Of a stretch of 64,000 nucleotides of DNA, positions 1 through 14,437 are shown in pieces. This DNA comes from the human T2T-CHM13v2.0 reference genome, Homo sapiens. The position numbers and the translations under genes were made by a program. The notes below the pieces were generated by a model that saw nothing but the letters and a program-made list of their open reading frames with translations, searched no databases and had not been told where the DNA came from. Numbering within the stretch: position 1 is the first letter of the stretch; each line of letters starts with the position of its first letter. The stretch lies in NCBI RefSeq assembly GCF_009914755.1, contig NC_060936.1; one strand, given 5' to 3'.

Positions 1-546
1 GTATCGTAACCTTCTTCCTTCTCTGCCAGGGTTGTCGTGTGGATTAAATAAGAATTGTAAAGCACGTATCAGTGACTACAAAAAACAAAAAGGAAATGCT
101 CAATAGATGTTTGCTTTTGTAAAGCAGAGTTTACATTTTCCCTGTTGCTGTTGAAGCAAGGGTGTGCATCATATCCAATAACTGGGAAAAACAAAGCAAA
201 ATAAACCTTTTTAACCTTGAGATGTGTCAGAAATAACAGGGTCACTCTGTCTCATTCTGGTCCCCTGAATAAAGGAAATCTTGACCATTTTCCATAAGCC
301 TGGATTATCCAACCATCAGCTTTATCCTTAACTTGGCAATGATGATATGATTGCTTCTTGTGGTTATGATCATATATGAGAAATGTGGCAGCAGCAGAGG
401 TAATTATCTCTTGTGATTATTTATGTGGTGTGACAGTCTTTCTTATAGCTGGTCCCCCTGAACCTCTTTGCAAGTAAGATTTTTTCTTTCTTAAATGCTT
501 TTCTCTTCCTTCTATGTGTTGCTGCTACTGTTACTCCTGCTGTTTC

Positions 547-628
547 TACCACTACCACAACAACCACCACTGCCGCGCCACCACCACCATCACTACCACC
601 ACTACCACCATCATCACCACCATCACCC
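547..628. repeat. Degenerate (CAC/CCA)n trinucleotide tract
   Basis: accaccac/caccatcac units read directly. Confidence 0.9.
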
Positions 629-728
629 CAGCTCAACCAGAATGACTATAATCCTTCACACCCCTGCCAGGTTATCTTCCCTATGATGACTTTCTTAACC
701 AGCTTCCCCCAAACAAGTAGTAACATTT

Positions 729-1053
729 TCCCCACCCAAATCCATCTTGAATTGTGGGAAGGATCCTGTGGGAGGTCATTGAACCATGGGGGCAGGTCTT
801 TCCTGTGCTGTTCTTGTGATAGTGAGTAAGTCTTATGAGATCTGATGGTTCTATAAGGGGGAGTTTCCCTGCCCAATCTCTCTCTTTGCCTGCTGCCATC
901 CATGTAAGATGTCACTTGCTCCTCTTTGCCTTCCACCATGATTGTGAGGTTTCCCCAGCCATGTGGAACTATAAGCTCATGAAATCTCTTTCTTTTGTAA
1001 ATTGCCCAGTCTTGGGTATGTCTTTATCAGCAGTGTGAAAAGGGACTAAGACA
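729..1053 (+). mobile_element. THE1 (THE1A-like) MaLR solo LTR, 5'-truncated
   Basis: ccccacccaaat...gagatctgatggtt...ccatgattgtgagg...gggtatgtctttatcagcagtgtgaaaagggactaagaca matches recalled THE1 consensus. Confidence 0.9.
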
Positions 1054-1469
1054 GCATTCTATTATTTTGTATCTTGTACCTGCTTCTGTTTTAACACAGT
1101 GTATTTGAAGTACAGTTTTTGAGTCTCCTGTTTTCCCCTATATAAGGGGGCAGAAAACATGTCTCTGTACCTTAACATCTAAGAGAAGGATTTGGCATAT
1201 AATAGATGCTCAATTTATACCTGTTGAACATTGATAGAGGAATTTCATCTTACTCTCGTGATATTCTTGTTCTAAAACCAAAAATTGCAGTAAAAGGCCC
1301 CCGCCCCCACAACCATGGTTGCAGAGGTGTGGAATAGAGTAGAACTCATGAATGACATGAGACATTGGAATTCATGGATAGGCATATGCTAGCAAGCCTG
1401 AGATCCAGTGGGGCCTCTAATTTTGATATTTATAAATGGACTTTCCATATTGCCTGTGTTATTTAAGGT

Positions 1470-1810
1470 AACATGAACTTCTGTAACGTAAGCCCCAAAA
1501 TCTTGGTGAATGAACACAAGAAAAACTTAATTTCCCACTGATGTGAATAGCTTAGAGTAGGTGTTCTTGGTTGGGGAACTCTCCTCCATTTGGTGTTTCA
1601 GGGACCTAGGCTCCTTCCATGTTGAGAATCTTCCATCTTTAACACAGGCTTTCAAGGCCACGGTGAAGGTCATCTACTTTTTTGGCATCTAGCTGGAGGG
1701 GATAAGGACATTGAGCTTACTGAATCAGGCCCAGAAGAGGTCCCCATCACTTCTTCTCCCATTCCACTGGCCAGAACTTGGTCTTGGGGAGGCTGACAAA
1801 TCTAGTCAGC
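1470..1810 (-). mobile_element. Old MLT1-type MaLR LTR fragment
   Basis: cagggacctaggctccttccat and catcacttcttctcccattccactggccagaac motifs; highly diverged. Confidence 0.5.
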
Positions 1811-3485
1811 CATGTGTTCATTTTCTGTTTAGTAAGACCTCACACATCAGTGTTTATGCAGGAGATAGGCCAAAACATTTTTTTTTACACCTCTATCTGT
1901 TTTTCTACTGCTAAACCAATCTTAACCAAACCCTGCTTCCATTTCATGCAATATTGGCTCTAGACTGCAGCCATGTGACTAAAAGGGGGCCCTTGAACCA
2001 GAAATGGGGGAAGGGTTGGAGACTGTGAGCTGCTGTTTGCAATTTATGCATGATGAAGATAAGAATGTTACTTCGTGCTGTTCTTAGAACCCAGTTCATT
2101 TTTAGACTGAATGTTTATATGGCTGAGAGCTGCAGGAAACACCATGCCCACCTTGCTTGGTTTAAAGCCTTTGAGATCTATGGTGGCTGAATGTGCTTCC
2201 AGGAGCAGAATTTAATGTGCAGGGAGTGGGTGACTATTAAATTCAGTGACTGCAGCAAAACTTTGCTCCTTGCTCCTCTTTGTGGAAACACTGTTTGTAC
2301 AGCATGTCTTTCATAATCAATACAAGGGAGACATTAATGAAGAGAATGTCTTGTTTGGCAGACAAAGCCTTCCCTTTGTTCGGATTGAGATGCTCAGTTA
2401 ATTTCCTGGGAGTGTATTTATGAGAAGTTGGTTAGTGATTCTTGTAAGTGTATGTGAGTTTCTTGTTTTTTCTTTTTTTAAGAGAGGAGTCAACAACCCA
2501 TTGTATTACTGTAAAATATTTGATAGCTTGTACTTTGAGGAATGTACTCATGAGAGCCTAGTCTTATAGATTTGGGATATTTATACATACTTTAAAATGA
2601 GTAGGTTGGAGGGGAACTTTAAATATGTATATTTTACTTAAAAAAATAAAAGCCCAAAACCTTTTGTTTGAAATGACCATAAATCAAAGCATTATGGGAG
2701 ATAAATTTTCTAGACTTTGTGTGTGGAGGAAGTTCATTGAGAAAGATAAGGTGGACAAAATGCTGGAGAAGTTTGGGACAACCCCTGGGTTGAATCAGTC
2801 TCCACTTTCAGAGAGTTTATAGCCTAAGTTCCCTTCCCTTTTTCAAAAGGAATTTTCATCTGTCTTGTTTAATAATAGAATCTCTTCTTCCTCCTCCCAG
2901 CCTTCTCCTCACCTCCCTTCAGGCAAGCAGGGACTTCCTTCTTTGCATTGCTCAGGAAATTATGTTTCCCACTTGCGAGGCTGGCCAGCAAAACTTCTTT
3001 GGAAGTTGGAGAAGAGGATGCCAGTTTCTGCCTTTCTGCTTTCTGCTCATAGAAGGCTCGTGTGATATGTTATCATCCAGTCTTGCTGGCTTTCTTCTGG
3101 GTCTTCTGGCTTCCCTGAGTTTGAATCTGCATTATGTTACAGCAAATGCAGTTGACAGTCAGTGGTATAGTTGGAGCATGCATGGCCCATTTCATGGCTT
3201 TTTTAGTATGCTGAATGTTATGCCACCTCGGCTAGGTCATGAAATCGTTTAAACAAAATAATGCTTTGGAACTGAAATGTTCTGGTTGGTGAGTTTTCTG
3301 GTCAATGGAAGGGAATGACCTTGGGCAGAGTCTGTGACCACAAGTGAATTATCTATCCTTGCAGAGCCTCAGTTTCTTCACTTGGAGACTAGGCACACTA
3401 TCACTTTCCTTATTAGGGCTGCTGAGAGAATGTAGCTGAGGTTCCTTGGCTACTTAGCAAATGCAGGACTCAGTAATGGTAACCA

Positions 3486-3803
3486 CAGTCATCTCTGGGT
3501 ATCCATGGGGGATTGGTTCCAGGACCCCTCTCAAATACCAAAATCCAAGGAAGCTCAAGTCAATGCTATGAAATGGTATAGTATTTGCATATAGCCTACA
3601 CACATCCTCCCATATACTTTAAGTCATCTCCAGATCACTTATAATATTAATAACTAATATAATGTAAATGCTATGTGAGTAGTTGTTCCACTGTATTTTT
3701 TTATTTGTATTTTAAAATTGTTATATTTTTTCCCCTACATATTTTCAGTCTGTGGTTGATTTAATCTGTAGATGCAGAACCTGAAGTTATAGAAGACTGA
3801 ATG
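3486..3803. mobile_element. MER2 (Tigger-family) DNA transposon fossil
   Basis: cagtc...gtatccatgggggattggttccaggacccc...gtatttgcatatagcctacacacatcctcc with degenerate terminal inverted repeats. Confidence 0.85.
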
Positions 3804-4140
3804 TACTATTAATAATTATTAAGATATACAAAATCACTGTTAGTGAGAGATTTAAAAACATCCAGGGTAGAAAGAAAATGAAATAGACTATCAGAAGCAG
3901 TAATTTTCTGGTATGATTTTAATTAGTAGCGCTCTACAGGATCCTTTGTGGAGGCAAATGCATTCTAGTTAGTAGTATCTGTGATATCATTTAGGGCTCC
4001 TGTTTTATAGATTCAGTTCCACAAATATTTATTATCGAGTGCCTGTGTTATGTCAGGTGCTGTGCTAGGAACTGTTCAGTTAAATAGGTAGTACAGTTAA
4101 GAGAATAAGTCAGGGTGTTCTCCCTCCCAGGCCTTAGAGT

Positions 4141-4268
4141 TGGGGTGATTGTGTGTCCCAGTTTTCCCTGGACAATCCTGTTTACTGCTCTTGTCCTAGC
4201 ATAATTATTCACAGTGCCCCTTTTATTTTAAGTGTCCTGGTTTGGGAAACTAATTATAGGGTCATCAA
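4141..4268. mobile_element. MER94-like hAT MITE
   Basis: gggtga..tgtcccagttt...ataattattcacagtgcccc...tgtcctggtttgg...attatagggtcatc. Confidence 0.65.
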
Positions 4269-4776
4269 TATAGGCTATTATTGAGGTAGAGGGAGTTTCT
4301 CCAGAAAAGGACTATGGAAGTTCTCTAAACAAGAAGGAGCATGATGAAAAGTATTTTTTAGGGAGTTGAATTCAGGCTAGATGGTAGGACCAGTGAAGAG
4401 GTGGGAGAGGGGAAAGCATTTTGGAGATAGAGTAAACCAAATACTACCAATGTGATGGACAGAACCCAACTGGAGGTGCCATCTGGAATTCCAGAGTGTG
4501 AAGAGCAGCCTCAGGTGCGCAGCCTTTTTAGGTTTCACCAATCAGCATATCTCAGATGTTTTCTTGGAGACTCCATTAGGCTTTAACAATTGCCTTAAAA
4601 ATTCCCCAGCAAAAGCATTGTGGGAATAGGGAACAACTCCAGGTTGCACATGAGATGCTTAGCTAGGTCATTGGTTTGTATGGCCATTTCCCTCCTGAGT
4701 CTAGGTATGCAGGTCTTGAGGGGTGGAGCTCAAGGCTACTTTTGCATTTCTGCCAGTGCTTCCAAATGTCATGACT

Positions 4777-4829
4777 GGGGGGGGGGGGGGGGGGTTGGGG
4801 GTGGGGAGGGAGGGAGAGGTGGGCCAGGG
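4777..4829 (+). repeat. G18 homopolymer plus further G-runs (potential G-quadruplex)
   Basis: G18-tt-G5-t-G4-a-G3-a-G3 read directly. Confidence 0.85.
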
Positions 4830-5552
4830 TAGTACCCTTCCTTGACTTAGTGTTTGAAACTTGAAACACAGAAACTTAGTGTTTCTGTGCCATGTCTCAC
4901 ATACACAGAGAGAATACTGGTTGCAATAATTTCAGAGACAGTTAAAAGGTGATATTTTCTATATTCAGAGATTATTAAATTCGTTAGCAAGAGGAATGCA
5001 GTTCAGACTTCTCAGATTTGGGAGGTAAATCTCCCCCACCCCCAGTGTTTGCATTTGGTTTGAGTGTCTTAATTACCATTCCAGAACGTTTGTGAAATTA
5101 AGGTGGAAAAAAGAATTCTGGCTTAGGTACTAACATATAACCTTTGTGTGTTTATTATGAAGCCTTCATCTTTAAGATTCTCGTTTGCAATCCTGGGCAA
5201 CACAACCAATTTTCTGTGTCATTAACTTTTTCCTGTAACACCAAAGGGCAGGAGGATGCTGGTCTCCACCTTTTCTTTCTCCAAGGCAAGTTGAACGACC
5301 ATCTGTGCCATAAGATGGATGAGGCCCAGTGATCCTCTTGTTGATTTGGTATTTGTGTCTTCCCACAAGAATCTTTGCTGATTCCAATGCTCGATTCACT
5401 GGAATACTCCCTGCTGTTCTCTGAATTGATGATGGATTAGTTGAGGTCTTTGTATTCATTATTGGCAAGGTTTCGAGACAGTCCCTTAAGTGCAGGAAGA
5501 ATTCTGGCAGTGGCGTCAGAAGGCCAAGGCTCGGCAACCTTGGATAAGTCAC

Positions 5553-6538
<986 letters not shown>

Positions 6539-6544
6539 ATGAGT

Positions 6545-6650
6545 CACTTTGTGCCTCAGTTTCCTCAGCGGTAAACTGGGGTAAAGAAGGATATGAAGAA
6601 CCAATCTGTTAGGGTCGTTCTGAGGATGAATGAGATGGCCATTGTGAAAG
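6545..6650 (+). mobile_element. MIR fragment continuing caaccttggataagtcac left of 5553
   Basis: gtgcctcagtttcctca core; agggtcgttctgaggatgaatgagat. Confidence 0.7.
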
Positions 6651-6689
6651 GACTCTGGGTCGTTTTAATGTGGTGTCGTATTATTGGAT

Positions 6690-7021
6690 GAAGCATCTAA
6701 GTTCATGACTGAATCTAGCCCGTCTCCCGCTTTTGTATAGCCTGTGAGCTAAGAATTGTTTTTACATCTTAAAATGGTTGGGAAAAAAAAATCAAAAGAA
6801 GAACAATATTTCTTGACACATGAAAAGTCTATGAAATTCAGATTTCAATGTCCTTAAATAAAGTTTCGCTGGAACTCAGCCATGCTCCCTTGTTGGCGTA
6901 CTTTCTGTGCCACTTTTGTGCGATAATGGCAGAGTTGAATAGTTGCTCCAGAGACTGAATAGGCCTGTGAAGCTGAAGGCACTTATCTGGCCCTTTACAG
7001 GAAAAAATGTGCCAGCCCCTG
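6690..7021. mobile_element. MER58B-like hAT-Charlie fossil
   Basis: tgagctaagaattgtttttacat...ggcagagttgaatagttgc...tatctggccctttacag...gccagcccctg. Confidence 0.8.
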
Positions 7022-7162
7022 ATGTAGGACAGTGGTTATTGTTCATCTTGTAGCAAGGTGAATCGCGTTCTACACAGAGGTCTTTCCCTCCGATGGTGTT
7101 AAAGCTTGGGGAAAGCTAAGGCTCTCAAATTTCTGAGGAAGAAATCAAAGCTAGTTTGTTTT

Positions 7163-7680
7163 TTCATTCATTCATTCATTCATTCATTGTTTCACCAAAT
7201 ATTCTTTGAGTTCCTGCTGTGTGCCAGACACTGTTAGGGGTGGTAAGGAAAATGCAGTGACACAGGAGAAAATGCCTGCCCTCCTGGAGCTTACAGTCTA
7301 GGGGGAGGAGTAAGATAATACACAAATAAAAACTCCTGACCCGCCTGAGGGTGATGGATGATATGGAAGGGCAGGGGGAGAGAGTGGGGACTATTAGGAA
7401 AGGCCATACTGAGAAGGCCATAGGTGATGTGAAGGAGGTGGGGTGTGAGCCCTGAACCTACATGATGGGGCTGGGGCAGCGGGGAGTCTGCTTAGGCAGA
7501 GGGCGAAGCAAGTTCAAAAGCCTTGGGGTGCAAGCATTGGAGATGGTCAAAGGAGAGCAATGTGCATAGAGCATTTTTGTGTGTATTTTAATTTCAGCAT
7601 TGGCTACAGAGCTGTGGTAATCTGATATGTGATCCTGTTTTAAAAAAATTATTTTATCTTCAGAACAATAGGAAACACGA
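7163..7680 (-). mobile_element. L2 3' end with (TTCA)n tail
   Basis: ttcattcattcattc...tgtgtgccagacactgttagg...cctgccctcctggagcttacagtctag. Confidence 0.8.
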
Positions 7681-7737
7681 AGGGAGACCATGTAGTGCAG
7701 TGGTTAAGAGAAGGAGTTCCAGGCAGATAAGAGTTGA

Positions 7738-7935
7738 AGCTCAACCTTGGCAGTATTGACATTTAGGGCTGAACAAAATCTTTGTTGCTGGAAGCTGTCC
7801 TGTGCAATGGAGGCAGTTTAGTAGCATTCCTGGCCTTTACTCACTAGATACTTGTTGTGATAACCAAAAATGTCTCCAAACAATGTCATATGTCCCCTAG
7901 GGGCAAAATTGGGGCAAATGTTAGTTGAGAGAGCA
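7738..7935. mobile_element. MER20 DNA transposon fossil
   Basis: tcaaccttggcagtattgacattt...gtgataaccaaaaatgtctccaaaca...tgtcccctaggggcaaaat. Confidence 0.85.
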
Positions 7936-9137
7936 GAGACCCTGACTCTTTTTGTCTCCTGTTCACCTTTTCTTCAGCAGAGAGCACGGTGTCTGTTCAT
8001 ATCCTGGTGAGAAGTATACGATTTATGTGATTGGCTCAGATCCTTGTGTTAAAATACAAGCTACTAAAATGGTCATCTTTGCAATTTTTTCATTGCCTTT
8101 TTTTCTCTTGCTAGTCATCATCCCTTATGTGAAGCAATGAGGTGGATATCATTTCCTCCATCCACTTTTAGGCGTGGTTGGAATTGGAGGGCTTAAGGCT
8201 TACGAAAAGTGCCTGAGCCCCTGAGTCCATGCTTTTGGCCCATCTGAACTCCAGGAGGGGAGACATACAGATAAAAGAGTGAGGTGCTTTTATAGTGTTC
8301 CTCTGAGGCTCCCTGGTAACATGCCATCCATTGAAAATTGGCCTCTTTGCCTGGGGGAGCCCCTAGGATGAGTTGATACCTAAGTCACCACTGGGCATGC
8401 TGAATTAAAGGCATGCCTTGCTGTAAAGAGGAACGGAAGCTCAGGGCACCAAGCAGAAGGGGCACATTAGGAGAGCCTAGCAGAAATGTATTTTTGAATT
8501 TGTGTGCCCTGTTGGGCTCATTTGGATTGATTTCCTCCACTCTACCTTCTATCCTATGCCTAAGTTGATCATGGAGCAAAATGTTCCTGTTTGTTCTTCC
8601 TTCTAGAGTTACGAATGGTAAAAAGGCAATAACTGATGTTTACTGAGCACTTCTTATGTGCTCTAAGCTCTCTTCATGCATTCTCTTTCCCCCCTTCCAA
8701 ATCCTCTCCATCATAGCTGTTACTGCCACTTAAAGATGAAGGAAGAGCCTTGAGAGGTTTAGTAACATTCCCAGGCTGAGTGGTTAAGTAACTGGGGGAA
8801 GCTGGAATTTGATCTCTGCAGCCTTTTTTGTCTGTAAAATCTTGGGTGCACTGTAAGAGAAGCCCAAGAATTGTCCAGCGAAATTAAAACTGCACCCCAA
8901 AGTTCAGCGCCTGGGCTCCATCCTCAGAGCCTTTTATTGCACCCGCGCTTGGATGGGTGTCTTGAAGCCGATTTAATCCTGGTCTGTCTACACAGGGGAG
9001 CAGCAAGCTGTTGACAGCCTCATTTTATGGTCATCAGTGCCCTCTTCCTTCTGAAGCTTGTCAATTTTAATGTCTGGAGAACCAGGGGGTGGTGTAGGGG
9101 CTTCCAGACCCCTGTTTGCAATCATCACTTGTACACC

Positions 9138-9299
9138 AGAGCTTCTCACACTTAGATGCATGTGGAATTCCCTGGGGTTGGAGTTAAGTTGCAGGTTGTG
9201 ATTCCATAGGCCTGGCCTGGGGTCTGATCCTGCATTTGTAACCAGCTCCCGGGTGATGATGTGGAGGTGGGTGTCCTCTGGCCACACTGAAGTCCCTAG
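9138..9299. mobile_element. MER5A-like fossil
   Basis: cttctcacactt...tgcatttgtaaccagctcccgggtgat. Confidence 0.65.
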
Positions 9300-9668
9300 T
9301 TCTAGATGCCATCACCCTCACCCTACTTCAGAGGCTGTACCAAATTCTTAGAAGAGAAATTTTGCCTCAAAAGCGACCTGGGAACCTGACCTCAGGAAGA
9401 ATTTCATCTCTGTGGGAATGTGGAATCGGAGTGATAGAGGTGAATGACAAGGATGTGGTGTTCCTTAAGCTGACTCCTGATGAGCTTGGCGAAATGAAGC
9501 CAGACATTTTATAATTGGTCCCTTTTCTTTGTGTAGTGTCTAACACTTTTTGAATACCTACTGCATGTCAGTGCCTTTTCCCACTGAGGATCGTACTGGA
9601 TAACTTTGGATCTAAGGTCGCTTTGGCAGTGAGAAGTTCCCGCCTCTGAGTCAAGACCACCTTTGAGT

Positions 9669-10065
<397 letters not shown>

Positions 10066-10664
10066 TTATATGGGCTCGGTAAGGGATATTCAGAGGTTGT
10101 CAGTTGCCTTTGTGCCAGATTCAGTTGGACTCTGATAAAGACCTAGGCAAATACGATGTCTGTGCACCGTGTTCTGGGAAGCACTTTGAAGGACCCCGGG
10201 CAGATTCACTGGCATAGTTAATACACCCCGGACTTTCCCTCGCCCTGCATATGGTGGCTTATGAGAAGAAAGCGAAGACTAGAAAATCATTTGTGTGTCA
10301 CTTTGCAGGAAAAACACTTCAGGTAATGAGACAGGATTTGAGTGGGAAGGTGATTATAACCAACCCTTCATTCATTTTCTACAAAATAGTCAACATGCAG
10401 TCTTCCAAGCTGCATAATGAATATAGCATCCTTTAGCTGGGGATGTTGGGAGGATTTATTTTTTATCTGTGATCCAATATTAATTTGCCTTAAACAAAAG
10501 AAGCAATTTACTGTGTAATTCTGAGGTTTATGGTGTTTCTACTAAGTCCTTTCATCTTTGAAAGATGGTGTTATGCATTTTAATAGAAACCATTTTTTTC
10601 TTAAAATCTTTTCTTTTTCTTTTTTTCTTTCTTTTTTTTTTTTTTAACTCTTTCTTCTCTTCAG

Positions 10665-10725
10665 TCGGATTATAGAGTTGGAGCAAATGTCATGATGAAC
10701 TTTGAGGCCTAGGCCTGGACTCTTG

Positions 10726-10727
<2 letters not shown>
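10665..10727 (+). other. Candidate cryptic/poison or alternative terminal exon (63 nt to first GT)
   Basis: Long pyrimidine tract, branch-like tttaac, ttcag acceptor at 10664, GAG|gtgtgt donor; no transcript evidence available. Confidence 0.4.

Positions 10728-10763
<36 letters not shown>
10728..10763. repeat. (GT)18 microsatellite
   Basis: Read directly. Confidence 0.98.
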
Positions 10764-10765
<2 letters not shown>

Positions 10766-13700
10766 CTTTCTCCATAATAGTCCCAACCCTAAACAGGGGT
10801 ATGGCACAGTACTTCTTATGAACAAAAGTGCTATTGGTCTACAAGGGGACTTGAGCCTGCACTAATTGTATTTGATTAGGATTTTTGTGCTGTCTGTATG
10901 ATGTTTAACCACACTGTCAATTACAGACTTCCTTTAAGGAATTTCCAGGAAACCCCCTTACCATAAGAGTTTAAATTAATAGTTTGCTAGTTTAATGACA
11001 GCAGTTGGTAAAGGAAGCACCTTTCAGACCATTAGCTAAAGCCAACTTCCTTTAAACTTAAAGGAGGGCACAGCATGATAGATGGAGATCTGCCCCAGTG
11101 CGTCATCATAAATGCCTCGAGGCAGCCACAGGATGGGTTTTGACCTCAGTGGGGATAGGTTTGGTTAGAGGGTTGGGTAGAACCCCCTAACCTGTAGAAG
11201 AATCTAGAAAAGTGAGATGAACGCCTTTCTCTTAAGGCTGTCACTTGTCCAATTCCAACTCCCTCTTTAGTAACCACCTCCCTGCCTCCCAGCGAAGTGA
11301 CCCCAGGGAGCCGGTTATTATGGCCCTGCTTGATGGATAATTACTGGTTGAGGCTTGATTTGACACCAGCATTTTGCATGATAGCCTGTTAGATTTGCTT
11401 GGCTCAGATTGATATTTTCATTCCTCTAAGGCTGCAGCATGGAAACATGGTTGAGTGGGGTTTGCCAAGATGGGATGATTTCCTGTGCTGTGGCAGGACC
11501 AGGACAGCTGTTCTGAGAACTGTTTCGGCAAAGCCTTCACAGTTGGTTTTGTTGAAGGCTTTTCTGCAGGTGCAGGGTTGGTTCCTAAAGGACAGTAGTC
11601 TGGTTTTCCTAGGAAACTACTTATGGAGAGTGCGTGTGTTTAATTTAGGAGGCACAGCTGTGCAAGGGACTGGGACTCCATCAGGGAACGGGGTGCAGGA
11701 GCTCCATGTTCCTTATGTCTTAGCTTCATTCCTAGTTGCTGGCGTCGGAACTGATCAAAGTTGTCTGTTGTCTTTCTGCACACCCATGCTACAGGCAGTA
11801 AGGGATGAGGCAGCAAAACCAGTTCACTGCTCATCAGCTGGGGAGGCTTCAGGACAGTCTCTGAACTACTGAGCATTAGTTTCTTTATCTGTCCAATGGG
11901 CCCAATGGCACCTGCTCTGCTCATCTCTCAGGATCTTACATGCCACATAAGCTAATGGAGAAGTAAATGCTTTATAAGCCTAAAGGAATGGACATGGGTG
12001 CATTCAGTGAGAGGCAGTAGGACTAATGGTTAGTGATTAGTTTGCTAAGTAGGAGCAGCAGTTGTTAGTGTAAGAAGGGCGGGTTAGTACATGGGTGGTG
12101 GTCAGGAGGAGCACCACTGCTGCTGCTACTTAGCCACTTGTGTAACCTTTTTTTTTAAACAAAACAAAACAAAAAAAAACAAACCTCTCAGTCTGCTATA
12201 GGATAGATTGTTCCAGCATCTGAAATTGCAAAGCACTTCTTGAAGGGGATTCTTAGGATGGCGTAATTTTGTTCACTCATAGGATCTTCTTCCTGGGGCA
12301 TGATCCTAGCCATGTTCAGGATAAGCCCTGAGCATCAAGCTGGTGCAGTGAAGTGTTCTGTGGCTGGAGGCTAAATCTGTCCCAGGCTCACAGCATGGGA
12401 GCGGGGATGGCAGGGGCTTTTGAATTCCCTTGAGGGCACTTGGCCTTTGCTTGTATCTGCTCAGGAAGTCAGACAGTCTGCAGCCAGTGGCGTGTGCAGC
12501 CACCCCTTCTGTTCTCTGACCCTGGAGGCTTGTGGTCCATTTGTTTTAAAGGTGACTGTCTGATATTCCTTTGGAATACGTGAGTCCGGTGGGAAAGAAT
12601 AGAACATATTCTGAATCTTAATGGTGGATTTAAAAAATCTATTTAGAGAATCTGAGCACTTAATTAGACATGTCTTTTTTTCCCCAGCTGCCCTAATTAA
12701 ATAGTAATCATAATAAGGATAAGGATAATAGTTGATCTCAGTATCCTGTCTCCCAGTGAAGTTGCTCAATACATATTTGTAGATGAATGACTTGGAGATC
12801 CAAAGGAAGGTTCAGAGATTTGCCATTGTATTCGAGTCTACCCTGGTGGGACCTTTAAGGTGAACATTCTTCTTCTCTGGGCCTCCACCTTTTCCCTTCC
12901 CATATAACTATTTTCTCCTTATCTGCATGCTTTTCTGCAATGCATATCCGCAACAGGTGAGCCTGGGTGAATATGATTACATGCAGGTTGGTTTTTCTCC
13001 CTTCTTTGTGGTCCGCGTTTTGGGATTAAATCCCCCTGCAGACTTTTGTCTGGTCAGCCTGGTTGTGACTGTGGATCTTGGTTTCGTATACTGTCAGAGA
13101 TGGCAAGGAATTCAAAGATGATGTCGTTTTACGTCTTTATTTTATAAACTCGGGCCCAAAGTGAAATGACTTGCCCAAGAATACACTGAGTGAGTGAGGT
13201 GGTCATAGAGAGCTAGCTCTCCTGACGCTTAGCTCAGACCTAATTCCAGGAAGGTGACTGCATCTAGCTTCTGCCCCAACACATCCTGGGAAGAAATGGT
13301 ATCCTGCTAAGAGAATGAGGGCTGGATGGAGGTGTCCTGCGTAACGGTGTCAAAGTACTTCACTCTGTCCTCTGGGGATCCCACAGTGATTCTTTGATTC
13401 TATGCCCACTGAGGAAAAGTTGATTTGAGTCTACTCCACTGTTTGATTGAAATGGGCCTCTTCTGTCCCCAGCCTGGTGAGTCGTATCTTGTTTCCCTGC
13501 CAGTGGGCATTTTCTGCCTTTATCCCCGCTCATGGCTGCTGAATGGGTCACCCAGGCTGGGGCAGGCTGAACTACAGGCTAATGAAATTGTTTGGCCTAG
13601 TTCCTGCTTGGTGGTGAAATCTCAGACAGGATCTTATCACCCTCTCTGTGCCCGGAAAATTCGACTCTCCTGGAGCTTATAAAATTGGGATGTCTGTTTC

Positions 13701-13904
13701 CACTAGCATTTCTTTCCCAGTTATATTAATCAATAATGTGAAATTAAATCAAGAAATTCTTTATGCCGGCACTGGCTTCTCCAATATATTTATCTCTGTA
13801 TTCTAGTATTTGCTTTGGCTCTTTTTCTCAGAAGGGGATTTTTCCACACAATTTAGGAGCACAGAGCGAACTTCCTGGGAAAGCCTAGAAATTCAAACAT
13901 CCTT

Positions 13905-14070
13905 AGCTGCATAAACTTGGGAGTATCAGTATATCTCACTGAGCCGTGTTATTTTTAATCTGTAAAATGGGCATCAGTGTGCCACCCTTGCAGATGTTGT
14001 AAGGATTACATGAGATTGTATGGTGTGTAGGATACACCTCACTTCGTGTTTGGCATTTAGTGGGTCTTCA
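13905..14070 (+). mobile_element. MIR
   Basis: tctgtaaaatgggcat...ttgtaaggattacatgagat. Confidence 0.7.
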
Positions 14071-14271
14071 TGTGGAGGTCCGAGCTTTCAAGACAGCCTT
14101 TTGTCTGATGTAGATGTATTTACGTGTATTGGTGTAGGGTTCTCAGGCAGGCTTGATCATCAGAATTACCTGGTGTACTTTAAAATAATCCCAGCATGAG
14201 CATCAGATACCAGGGTTCCCCCAGACCACTCACTCATCCGAATCTCTGGAGATGGGCCCTATGTTCCATCA

Positions 14272-14437
14272 TTTTATTTTATTTTTCTATTTTTTTTCAA
14301 TATTTTTGTAGACGTGGCGGGTGGAGGGCTGGTCTTGCTATGTTGCTTGGGCTGGTCTTGAACTCCTGGCCTCAGGCAATCCTCCTGCCTCAGCCTCCTA
14401 AAGTGCTGGAATTACTGGTGTGAATCACTGCGCCTGG
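14272..14437 (-). mobile_element. Alu monomer (FLAM-like) inside a MER5A-like element (about 14135-14505)
   Basis: gctggtcttgaactcctggcctcaggcaatcctcctgcctcagcctcctaaagtgctgg; flanks catcagaattacctgg...tttggggacctctg. Confidence 0.8.

Noticed and set aside
421-686. Poly-His/Leu and poly-Gly/Val ORFs
   Set aside because: Translations of the (CAC)n simple repeat
11399-11872. Longest ORF (157 aa)
   Set aside because: TTG start, no recognisable domain; length compatible with chance
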